Shown piece by piece: positions 1 to 7,654 of a stretch of DNA of 64,000 nucleotides. Origin of the DNA: a virus. The position numbers were made by a program, and so were the translations under genes. The stretch is taken from IMG/VR virus record IMGVR_UViG_3300009008_000003. One strand, given 5' to 3'. Below the pieces are notes generated by a model that worked only from the letters and a program-made list of their open reading frames with translations, made no database searches and was not told the origin of the DNA. How positions within the stretch are numbered: position 1 is the stretch's first letter; each line of letters opens with the position of its first letter.

Positions 1-348
1 CAGTTGTAACCGCTGCAGATTATTTGTAGGCAGGATAATACGAAGATTTCCTAACAAATCGGCAGTGGTAGCATCGTTGAAGCGGGCAACAGGTTTCTGC
101 CGTCCTTCCTGAATGAAGTTATGAGTGTAGTTTTTAGGCCACTTATCCTGTATTTCCAGGAAATTCACATAAAATCCAGGTTGGTCATATACTTTCATAT
201 TACCAGTGTACATCTGCTGAGTAACATGATAGGTGCCAGATTCTACGCTGTTAGCACCCTTTACCAGGGCCCAAATGGCCAACAATAGTACCACAGCTAC
301 AAGACCAGTTAAAACCTTTTTCCACAAAGGTTTACTTGTGCTTGACAT
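1..348 (-). CDS. SPFH/Band-7 (prohibitin-like) membrane protein, 3' end truncated by the window edge (not in the ORF track)
   Basis: Manual translation from ATG 348 (SD GGAGG): MSSTSKPLWKKVLTGLVAVVLLLAIWALVKGANSVESGTYHVTQQMYTGNMKVYDQPGFYVNF... One N-terminal TM helix followed by an SPFH-like start; frame stays open to base 1. Confidence 0.65.
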   Translation of the reverse strand, partial: MSSTSKPLWKKVLTGLVAVVLLLAIWALVKGANSVESGTYHVTQQMYTGNMKVYDQPGFYVNFLEIQDKWPKNYTHNFIQEGRQKPVARFNDATTADLLGNLRIILPTNNLQRLQL

Positions 349-604
349 TTTTTTCCTCCAATTTTTCCGTTTGTTTTTCTACCTTTTCCGTTTGTTTGTC
401 GGTGTTGATAATTTTTTCTGTCAGATCAAGTTCTTCTTCAGCATCTTTAAGGTGCTGTTCTTTATCTATCAGATCCTTTCGTTTATCCTTTACTATTTTA
501 TCTTTGGTTTTTCGTGTGGTTGTTTTACGGTTAAACACCCAGTAAAGAAGTAATAAGGCTGCAATTACTATTACTAGCCTTATTATCATAACTGCAACAA
601 TCAT
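332..604 (-). CDS. Small membrane protein with TM helix and charged coiled coil, upstream of the SPFH gene
   Basis: Hydrophobic N-terminus then K/E-rich heptads; overlaps the neighbouring genes. Confidence 0.75.
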   Translation of the reverse strand: MIVAVMIIRLVIVIAALLLLYWVFNRKTTTRKTKDKIVKDKRKDLIDKEQHLKDAEEELDLTEKIINTDKQTEKVEKQTEKLEEKNVKHK

Positions 605-810
605 CTTTTCTCCTGCCTGTTGTTCTTTCTACGTGACGGTTTTAATGAGTAGTTTGGAACAGGGTCAGTAAAATTTTTTATTTTAACCCTGTTAACCTCG
701 GTACCGCTTTGAATAATAGCTCCGCATGTACTACAAATATTGCTCCCGCATACATTGATCATATCCATAATAGCGCAGCATTCTGGGCATACGAACTTAG
801 TTGTTTTCAC
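601..810 (-). CDS. Small zinc-ribbon protein
   Basis: CPEC...CSTC; GTG start after AGGAG. Confidence 0.65.
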   Translation of the reverse strand: MKTTKFVCPECCAIMDMINVCGSNICSTCGAIIQSGTEVNRVKIKNFTDPVPNYSLKPSRRKNNRQEKR

Positions 811-828
811 GTGCGTTCTCCCTGTTAT

Positions 829-853
829 AAAAAAAGCCCGGAATCAACCGAGC
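829..853 (-). terminator. Intrinsic terminator
   Basis: Minus strand GCTCGG-TTGATT-CCGGGC (one G.U pair) followed by T7. Confidence 0.55.
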
Positions 854-883
854 AATAAATGTATTTAGACTTTAAACTATGTA

Positions 884-896
884 TCTTATACCATAA
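884..896 (-). promoter_or_regulatory. Phage promoter-like motif, copy 1 (TTATGGTATAAGA)
   Basis: Intergenic; one of nine near-identical minus-strand copies; resembles an extended -10 (TGn-TATAAG). Confidence 0.65.
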
Positions 897-908
897 TTGA
901 GGAGATAT

Positions 909-1091
909 TTAGTAGGGATTACCTAGCAACTCTACCGTGGGTATTATGAATTTAGACTCAAAAAAGTCGAATTCATCTTTTATGACTTCTAAATCATCTT
1001 TAGCTTTAATCATAAATTCTAATATAGGATCACCTTCTTCTATATTAAAGTCTTCCTCTTCGCTAGCGTCGTATTCTATATATTTACCCAT
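909..1091 (-). CDS. Small acidic hypothetical protein
   Basis: 60-aa D/E-rich ORF in series with the minus-strand genes; no clear SD. Confidence 0.5.
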   Translation of the reverse strand: MGKYIEYDASEEEDFNIEEGDPILEFMIKAKDDLEVIKDEFDFFESKFIIPTVELLGNPY

Positions 1092-1120
1092 AAAAAAGAT
1101 AGCCGGGGATACCCCGGCTA
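1092..1120 (-). terminator. Intrinsic terminator
   Basis: TAGCCGGGG-ata-CCCCGGCTA perfect 9-bp stem with a minus-strand T-tract. Confidence 0.8.
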
Positions 1121-1130
1121 CTTATATTCG

Positions 1131-1355
1131 TTAACCTATTATTTGAGAATTGTCAAATATTAGTAGTTTTTCTGCTATATCGTTCCAATCAATTTCCTCA
1201 TCGAAATCAGCAAGAGTGGGGACGTTGTCGTCAATAAAATCCTTAACTAACGCGGCTAAAAGCGTTGGTTCGAAATCGGATAACATTCGCATGTTATTGA
1301 GATTGTCCGGATAATTTTCTTTTAACTCATCGATCACAACTTGTTCTAATTCCAT
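1131..1355 (-). CDS. Hypothetical protein
   Basis: 74 aa, SD AAGGAG, directly after nrdJ. Confidence 0.7.
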   Translation of the reverse strand: MELEQVVIDELKENYPDNLNNMRMLSDFEPTLLAALVKDFIDDNVPTLADFDEEIDWNDIAEKLLIFDNSQIIG

Positions 1356-1367
1356 TTGTAAACTCCT

Positions 1368-3902
1368 TTAACATAGCGAAAGTCCACAATGTGGGCAAAC
1401 AGCGCATCCTTCTTGTAGTAACATCTGCTCGCCGCAGGACTCGCATGTCTGTTTAATTTTTGTTCCGTTGGGAATGTAAGATTTTAAAAGTTTGTTTAAT
1501 AAAAATATAAATGATCCTGCTGGCAAGCCTGCATCATCAATTGCTTCGCTTATCTCGGTTAAAGGTATATTGTGTCGTAGCAAAAGCCCAAGCATTCTGC
1601 AGATCTTTTCTATATTAGTTTGATGATAACTTTTACCTTCAAGGTCATCTATATACTTTTGAAGAAATTCGTATTTTTTTGAGAATCCTTTCAATAATTC
1701 TAATGTTTCGTTTGTAATTACTGTCTTTTCAACCGAATTAGTATAAGTAAACACAGCTATCGGTTTTACCTTTCTATCACTTTCAAAAGCTAGTATGACA
1801 TACCACTTTTTATTTTCAGACTTAATTAAGTGACCACGTGCAGGAAACTTTTCAGGGAATTTAACGTTGTGTCGTATTTCTAACTCATCGTGTTCTTCTT
1901 CCGTTGTTTCCAAAACAGCGGTCATTGTGCCTGCTCTATAGGTAGTTAACCCCTTAATATTATTAGAGTAGGCAGTTTCGTATACCTCTTTAAACTGTTC
2001 ATAACTATAATCACTAGGAATGTTTATAGTTTTGGATATACCTAAATGTAAGTATCTATAGATAACAATCAAGGGTGCTAAGTGTTCTTCTACGCTAAGT
2101 TCAGCTGCTCCGGCATAGACACCTTCTGAATTTAATTTTTCTCGAACTCTTGGTTCTATTTCGTCTAGCACCCAGCGCCAGCCATAATCTTGTACTAGCT
2201 CGGCTTTAACCATGCCACGATTTTTATCTATCTCATAACGCATTCCATCAAATGTACCTTCTAATACTTCTTCGTCCCCCCTGGCTTTAAAGGTAAATTC
2301 TTTTGTTTCAAACCATTCACCCTTTTTAGGATCAGGAAACCTCATTCCATTGTATTCTAAGTTAGACTTTTCGCCGTCATTTACTATGATCCAACGCGTG
2401 TATTCTTTACTGAATACGGGTTCTGCTCCTCCGGATGTAATATTGGCTAGTACACCAGTATTGCCGGTTGGTGCAATCATTGTAAGATGAGAATTGCGTA
2501 AACCATGCTTACGTATACCTTCTTCTAGTTCAGTTTTCCATATTACTGGAAGTGGCAAATTTTTCCAATATGGAGTATTTAAGTGTTTATCAGCATCGAA
2601 TAGCGAGAAAGCTCCCTTTTCTTTTGCTAATTCTATAGAGGCTTTATAAACAGCATAAGTTATTGTTTTGTATAATTTATCTACGAATTCTAAAAACTTC
2701 TTAGAGCCATAGCGTTCGCCCATCATAAAGCCAATAGAACCTAAGCCCATTATACCGAGGCCTATACGTCTAAACTTTTTTGACTCTATTTCTAATTCTT
2801 TAAGTGGATAATTAGTTGCATCTAATACATTGTCCAGAAAGCGCACCATATGTGGTATGGTTTTTTCTAATCCTTCGAAATCAAAGCCTTTTTTAGAGTT
2901 ACTCCAAAAATATGGTAGATTTATAGATCCTAAATCGCACACTCCTGTAGGCATTGGTACTTCGCCGCAGGGGTTAGTTTGGTGCACTGTTTCACAATAT
3001 GCTGCTGGGTTGTTTTTGTTGACTAGATCTAAAAATATTATGCCGGGTTCATTACGAGTGTAAGATGCGTTCATTATATTTTCGTAAATATCTCTAGCCT
3101 TTACTGTTTTGTATACGATAATTGGTAAATCTAAATTTTTCCAAGTATCAATATCGCCATTCCATTTACTTTTGTATTCTTTACAAGTGGTGTCAGGAAA
3201 AACTAAATCCCAATTGGCATCGGCTTTTACAGCTTCCATGAATCCGGCTGTTACTCCTACCGACGTGTTAAATTTCGTAAGATAATCTTTGCTTTGTTTA
3301 GCGTGTATAAAATCTTCTATATCTGGGTGCCAAACGCTAATAATGCCCATCATGGCACCCTTGCGAATCTTATCCTTTAAATCTTTCCGATCTTTATCTT
3401 TATCGAGAATGGGGACACCGCCGCCTCTTGTTATAACATCTGAAACAGTATTCCATATTTCCATAAAAGCTACGGGTCCTGGGGTGGATACTCTGACGCC
3501 CTCTATAATAGTTCCACGAGGCCTCAAGTAAGAAAAGTTAGTACCATACCCTGACTCGCTCTTTAGGATATGTGCTTGCATTTTTACTTGATTAAAAATG
3601 TTTTCGATACTATCAATATCTTCAATGCCTTCTAAGTCGCCGGGGTGCATTGTAGTACAATTTATAAGTGTTGTATTCTTGTAATCAGTCCCGGCGTTTG
3701 CAATTATTCTACCTCCTGGCATGAAAGGTTTATTACCGGTGAATAATGTGCTTAAAAAGACGTCTTTAAGTGGCCTAGCGCCTTCTGGGTGTGGGTGTTC
3801 TACCCACGCCATATCCCAAGCTACCCTGTCCCAGGTATTGCTAAAGGATTCATTATTATATTTATAATTGGCAGCCCAAACCTCTAGTGGTAATTTACTC
3901 AT
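1368..3902 (-). CDS. nrdJ: Class II (adenosylcobalamin-dependent) ribonucleotide reductase
   Basis: PGGRIIANAG, LINC, TNPCGE catalytic loop, CDLGSINL, RRIGLGIMGL, TMIAPTG, ISKTIN, YRAG; C-terminal CESC/CAVCPHCG zinc-ribbon tail. No small subunit in the window. Confidence 0.93.
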   Translation of the reverse strand: MSKLPLEVWAANYKYNNESFSNTWDRVAWDMAWVEHPHPEGARPLKDVFLSTLFTGNKPFMPGGRIIANAGTDYKNTTLINCTTMHPGDLEGIEDIDSIENIFNQVKMQAHILKSESGYGTNFSYLRPRGTIIEGVRVSTPGPVAFMEIWNTVSDVITRGGGVPILDKDKDRKDLKDKIRKGAMMGIISVWHPDIEDFIHAKQSKDYLTKFNTSVGVTAGFMEAVKADANWDLVFPDTTCKEYKSKWNGDIDTWKNLDLPIIVYKTVKARDIYENIMNASYTRNEPGIIFLDLVNKNNPAAYCETVHQTNPCGEVPMPTGVCDLGSINLPYFWSNSKKGFDFEGLEKTIPHMVRFLDNVLDATNYPLKELEIESKKFRRIGLGIMGLGSIGFMMGERYGSKKFLEFVDKLYKTITYAVYKASIELAKEKGAFSLFDADKHLNTPYWKNLPLPVIWKTELEEGIRKHGLRNSHLTMIAPTGNTGVLANITSGGAEPVFSKEYTRWIIVNDGEKSNLEYNGMRFPDPKKGEWFETKEFTFKARGDEEVLEGTFDGMRYEIDKNRGMVKAELVQDYGWRWVLDEIEPRVREKLNSEGVYAGAAELSVEEHLAPLIVIYRYLHLGISKTINIPSDYSYEQFKEVYETAYSNNIKGLTTYRAGTMTAVLETTEEEHDELEIRHNVKFPEKFPARGHLIKSENKKWYVILAFESDRKVKPIAVFTYTNSVEKTVITNETLELLKGFSKKYEFLQKYIDDLEGKSYHQTNIEKICRMLGLLLRHNIPLTEISEAIDDAGLPAGSFIFLLNKLLKSYIPNGTKIKQTCESCGEQMLLQEGCAVCPHCGLSLC

Positions 3903-3909
3903 GTCTATC

Positions 3910-4104
3910 CTAGTTAAAAGCTGCTAATAGTGCAGCAAGGGGCGTTTTACCAATTCCTACTACTGTGTCTTGTTTGTTATCTATTTCGACTGGTGTAGAT
4001 GATTGTATTCTGCCCTCTATATTATTAAAATTAGTTAAATTTAAAAAAATTTTAAAATCATGATCATAAATGATACCTTCTTGCATATAAGCAAAGGGTC
4101 TCAA
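3910..4104 (-). CDS. Hypothetical protein
   Basis: 64-aa ORF filling the gap between the terminator and nrdJ. Confidence 0.55.
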   Translation of the reverse strand: MRPFAYMQEGIIYDHDFKIFLNLTNFNNIEGRIQSSTPVEIDNKQDTVVGIGKTPLAALLAAFN

Positions 4105-4120
4105 ATATTTATATTCACTG

Positions 4121-4156
4121 AAAAAAAGAGGGAGACACCCACCGGTGTCCCCCTTC
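4121..4156 (-). terminator. Intrinsic terminator
   Basis: GGAGACACC-cacc-GGTGTCCCC hairpin; plus-strand A7 gives a minus-strand T7. Confidence 0.75.
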
Positions 4157-4162
4157 TTGGTA

Positions 4163-4633
4163 TTATCTGAAATCAGCGTCTTCCTCCGTTTCAGCGGGAG
4201 TTTCTTCTGCCACTGGAAATTCTAGATCTCCATCGAAAGCTAAAGTTGCTTTTTCGCTTTCTGGAATAGCTTTATATAAAGACAGCTTGTTTCTATCCTC
4301 GTCTACTTCTACAAAGACATTAGCGGTTAATCCGGGAATGTCTTGAATAATATCATCTATTTCTCTATCGTCTGTTAATAGATCTGAAGCACCAGCAGCC
4401 TCAAATAAGGAAAGAATCTTCCACAGGGCATTGTCGGTGAAAACTAAATTATCGAATAGTTTTCTTCCGTTGTAATCACCCTGGTCACCCACTACGAAAG
4501 TTACGCTAGCCATGTCATTCCCCGGCCCAGATATTCTTTTTTCTGCTTTGATGGCCTTGACATTGTAACGCGATTCAGGTAGTGGAGTAAACTTATTTTG
4601 ATTTTTCTTCGCTTCACTAAATTTATATCCCAT
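4163..4633 (-). CDS. DUF669-like phage single-stranded DNA-binding protein
   Basis: FTPLPESRYNVK..., GRKLFDNL, acidic C-terminal tail ending in aromatic+R; follows a Sak4-like gene. Confidence 0.75.
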   Translation of the reverse strand: MGYKFSEAKKNQNKFTPLPESRYNVKAIKAEKRISGPGNDMASVTFVVGDQGDYNGRKLFDNLVFTDNALWKILSLFEAAGASDLLTDDREIDDIIQDIPGLTANVFVEVDEDRNKLSLYKAIPESEKATLAFDGDLEFPVAEETPAETEEDADFR

Positions 4634-4635
4634 TA

Positions 4636-5607
4636 TTATTTTTCCTCGTCACTTTCACTTTTTGTTACTAATTCTGTATTTAAGTCATTGATGAATAATT
4701 CTGCTTCGTCGTCCTTAAGATCAAGGGCAGAAGAGACAGAATAATCTTCGTTTAATTTTGATGCAAAAGCTGCATCGTCATCTAATAGTTTCTTTAAGTT
4801 TTTAATTTTAATTAAATTATCTCCGGTTACACCGGCAGTTTTAATGGCTTTCCCATTAAATGTTGTGTCAACTGATCTGTTACCAGTTACTTCCAGGCGT
4901 TTTTGTCCTGCGACTTTATCAACATCTCTGTAAATTACGTCTTTTCCAAAATAGTTTTCTAGCTTCTCGAAAGAGTACTCGAAAACATCTGGTAATTTAT
5001 TTGTGCGATCTTTAATAACTCTTGCCATTACAACTTCTTTGCCAACTGCTCCCTCTTTATAGAGTTCTAATACAATGTCAAAGATGAATGGATATTCTTT
5101 TGGACAATCTGGTTTAGTTCCAACAACTTTCATAAAGTCACCAGAACCGCCATCCGAACTATACTCGGTTTTGTCCCTAGCTGTTACTATTACATTAAGA
5201 TCAACTGCTATAAGCTTTGTTGCAAGACTCTTCGAATCAGCCTTGATTGCTTTGTAATCGTGCGGTGCAAGCACATAAGAAGATGAACCTTTTTTTACGC
5301 GCAAACGTTTTAAATGCGATTCTTGTAAGAAATCCCAATATACTGAGCTGGAATCTAACACAATAGTTTTGAATTCCCCAGGATCTATAATAATTTCATC
5401 TACGGCTTTATGTACTGTGGCTACGTCTGTGGTCACTATAGATTCAAAATCGAATTCTTTTGTATAGTGAACAGTGCCTTTTTCCATATCAATTACAGCG
5501 GGCTTTGGAAACTGTAAAGCTGTTCTTGTTTTTAATGTTCCCGTAGCGCCAAAAATTAACATTTTCAACTTAACATTTGTTTGTGGCGGTTTAGAAAATA
5601 AACTCAT
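4636..5607 (-). CDS. Sak4-like / AAA_24 phage NTP-binding recombination protein
   Basis: KMLIFGATGTLKT Walker A, IDMEKG, TIVLDSSS Walker B, FIFDIVL, VIKDRT. Confidence 0.75.
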   Translation of the reverse strand: MSLFSKPPQTNVKLKMLIFGATGTLKTRTALQFPKPAVIDMEKGTVHYTKEFDFESIVTTDVATVHKAVDEIIIDPGEFKTIVLDSSSVYWDFLQESHLKRLRVKKGSSSYVLAPHDYKAIKADSKSLATKLIAVDLNVIVTARDKTEYSSDGGSGDFMKVVGTKPDCPKEYPFIFDIVLELYKEGAVGKEVVMARVIKDRTNKLPDVFEYSFEKLENYFGKDVIYRDVDKVAGQKRLEVTGNRSVDTTFNGKAIKTAGVTGDNLIKIKNLKKLLDDDAAFASKLNEDYSVSSALDLKDDEAELFINDLNTELVTKSESDEEK

Positions 5608-5617
5608 TAATTTGTTC

Positions 5618-6289
5618 CTAATTTTTGTAGTCTAGTAGCCTTTCGGCTATTTTATATGTAGTTATGACATCTTTGATACAGTATTTTCCAATCTCTTGTA
5701 TCTTTCCGTCTTTCCATGCGTCAAACACGTTGCTTGCGCGTACTTCACCTTCTTTGGGTGATTCTAGCCCTAATGAAACTGCGGCTATTTCTAGAGAAGT
5801 TGCTTTTCTGAACTCCCAATCAGCTAAAAGCATTTGCACATCAAAGTGAGGATCAGTTTGATACCGTCGGGTATTTATAAACCTGAAACTGGTCTGCGGT
5901 ACAGAGTGTATCAGTGATCTTATTATAATAAAAGGTACGTCAAAACGCAACCCGTTATATGAGATAAATACATCCTTGAAGATCATTCCATTGATGTATT
6001 TCCAAAAGTTTTGCAGGATATCTTTTTCTGTTCCTTTTATAAACGCAACCTCTTCTGGGCCGCCCTCTTTATTAGGCCTATAACATCCTATACATACGAT
6101 CTGCCCATACCAAGGATCAGTAGACGCTAGTCTATTCCATAACCCTTCTTCGGTTTCTCCTTCTCGCATGTTTTTCTTAAAAATATCTACCCTTTCGTTT
6201 AATTTCTCTATATGTAAATCTGTCATTTTTTGATCTGGTATAGTTTCTATATCGAATACTATAGGATCTTTAAAACTTTTAGATGGCAT
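5618..6289 (-). CDS. Stand-alone 3'-5' exonuclease related to the PolB proofreading domain (DEDDy)
   Basis: Exo I IVFDIET, Exo II YNGLRFDVPFI, Exo III YCIKDV. Confidence 0.85.
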   Translation of the reverse strand: MPSKSFKDPIVFDIETIPDQKMTDLHIEKLNERVDIFKKNMREGETEEGLWNRLASTDPWYGQIVCIGCYRPNKEGGPEEVAFIKGTEKDILQNFWKYINGMIFKDVFISYNGLRFDVPFIIIRSLIHSVPQTSFRFINTRRYQTDPHFDVQMLLADWEFRKATSLEIAAVSLGLESPKEGEVRASNVFDAWKDGKIQEIGKYCIKDVITTYKIAERLLDYKN

Positions 6290-6632
6290 GTGATGTATCC
6301 TTATTGACAGCCAGGTTAGTGAATGCTACAACTCTATCTAAATCACGAAGCACTCTAAGGTTTTTACATTCCCTTATCTCTACTTCTTTATTTATTTTTA
6401 ATAGCATTTCAATCAACAGAGCCAAGTCTTTCTCTAAATATCCCAATTCCACCAAAATTATTGGTTTTCCTTCATTCACACTCTCGCTATAGTCAACTAG
6501 GATTCCGCATTCTGGCACAACATAGCTTTTAACACCTCTACGAGATTGGTAATTTTTTTGTGGTTCTGGAGGCGTAAGCTTACCATTTACTATTGCCCAT
6601 ACCTTTTTTCCGTAAGTTCTATAGAATAACAT
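6279..6632 (-). CDS. Hypothetical protein (start moved to 6632)
   Basis: ATG 6632 has SD GGAG and sits 3 nt after the stop of the MBL gene; the ORF-track start overlaps that gene. Confidence 0.6.
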   Translation of the reverse strand: MLFYRTYGKKVWAIVNGKLTPPEPQKNYQSRRGVKSYVVPECGILVDYSESVNEGKPIILVELGYLEKDLALLIEMLLKINKEVEIRECKNLRVLRDLDRVVAFTNLAVNKDTSHAI

Positions 6633-6634
6633 TT

Positions 6635-7465
6635 TCACTCCAACAGTATAATAGGGTTTTCTATGGGAGCTATTATCGCCTTGATTTCCCATCCATTTCC
6701 TATATTTTTTTCTATCTCCTCTCTTACTTTTTCAGGGGTGTTGGTCCTGGGGCTTAGATGCCCTATGATTAAATTATCTAAAACGTCAATGCCTATTTTA
6801 TTAACAGCTTCCGTCATTTGCTTATTGCTAAGATGCCCAAAATTGCTTTTGATACGATCTTTTAGGAATTCGTCATAATCGTCATAGTTGTTTAAAGATT
6901 CTTCATCATAATCTGCCTCGATAAATAGGGTTTCGACCCCTTCTAATTTTTTGTACATTAATTTAGTCATAGCTCCAGTATCGGTTATATAACCGATTTT
7001 ATATCCGGATGGTTTATGTGTAATAACAAACCCAACGGATGATACGCTATCGTGTTTTGTGCTAAAGGGCTCTATTTCGAAATTTGTTATTCCAATAACA
7101 TTCCCCGCAGCCATGTTAGATGTTCCCACGTAGGTGCCATCCCAAGTTAGTACCGAGGATACCATGTTGACGGGTTTAGGTATTTTGCTAAAGTAATTAG
7201 CTTTTTTCTCCATAGATACCTGATTTACCCATACTTGTGGATGAAATTTATTCCAAATAGCTCCTACACTTTTGATATGATCTGTATGTTCGTGTGTAAT
7301 TAGAACATTAGAAATATCAATAGGGCGCATTTTGAAGTAGTTCTCTAATTTCTTAGTTAGAGCTCTAACCCCCATTCCTGCGTCTATTAAGAACATCATG
7401 TCGTCATCAAATATTAGCGTAGTATTAGCCTCTGACGAAGAAGCTAACGGCCAAATTCCTAACAT
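6635..7465 (-). CDS. Metallo-beta-lactamase-fold hydrolase, YycJ/WalJ-like nuclease
   Basis: LASSSEAN, LIDAG, THEHTDH, KHDS, YITDTG, EADYD...LKDRIKSNFGHLSN, IGHLS. Confidence 0.85.
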   Translation of the reverse strand: MLGIWPLASSSEANTTLIFDDDMMFLIDAGMGVRALTKKLENYFKMRPIDISNVLITHEHTDHIKSVGAIWNKFHPQVWVNQVSMEKKANYFSKIPKPVNMVSSVLTWDGTYVGTSNMAAGNVIGITNFEIEPFSTKHDSVSSVGFVITHKPSGYKIGYITDTGAMTKLMYKKLEGVETLFIEADYDEESLNNYDDYDEFLKDRIKSNFGHLSNKQMTEAVNKIGIDVLDNLIIGHLSPRTNTPEKVREEIEKNIGNGWEIKAIIAPIENPIILLE

Positions 7466-7654
7466 CTATTTTATTAATCCTTCTAATTCTGTTATAGTTA
7501 CTTTCCTTTCCTCTCCGTTATACATATTTAATTCAACATATTCTTCTAGTTCTTCTTCCGGCTCTTCCGGGTCGTACGATATGCCAATTGCATTTATGTA
7601 TGCGGTTTCCCCAGTTTTAAGCTCTATTTTAGACGACACTTTAATCTTCATCAA
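7466..7654 (-). CDS. Small acidic hypothetical protein
   Basis: 62 aa, tightly packed between the primase and the MBL gene. Confidence 0.6.
   Translation of the reverse strand: MMKIKVSSKIELKTGETAYINAIGISYDPEEPEEELEEYVELNMYNGEERKVTITELEGLIK

Noticed and set aside
1368-3902. Intein or intron in nrdJ (also checked in the RNAP and helicase genes)
   Set aside because: Conserved motifs follow at normal spacing, with no C/S...HN splice junctions or LAGLIDADG blocks noticed.
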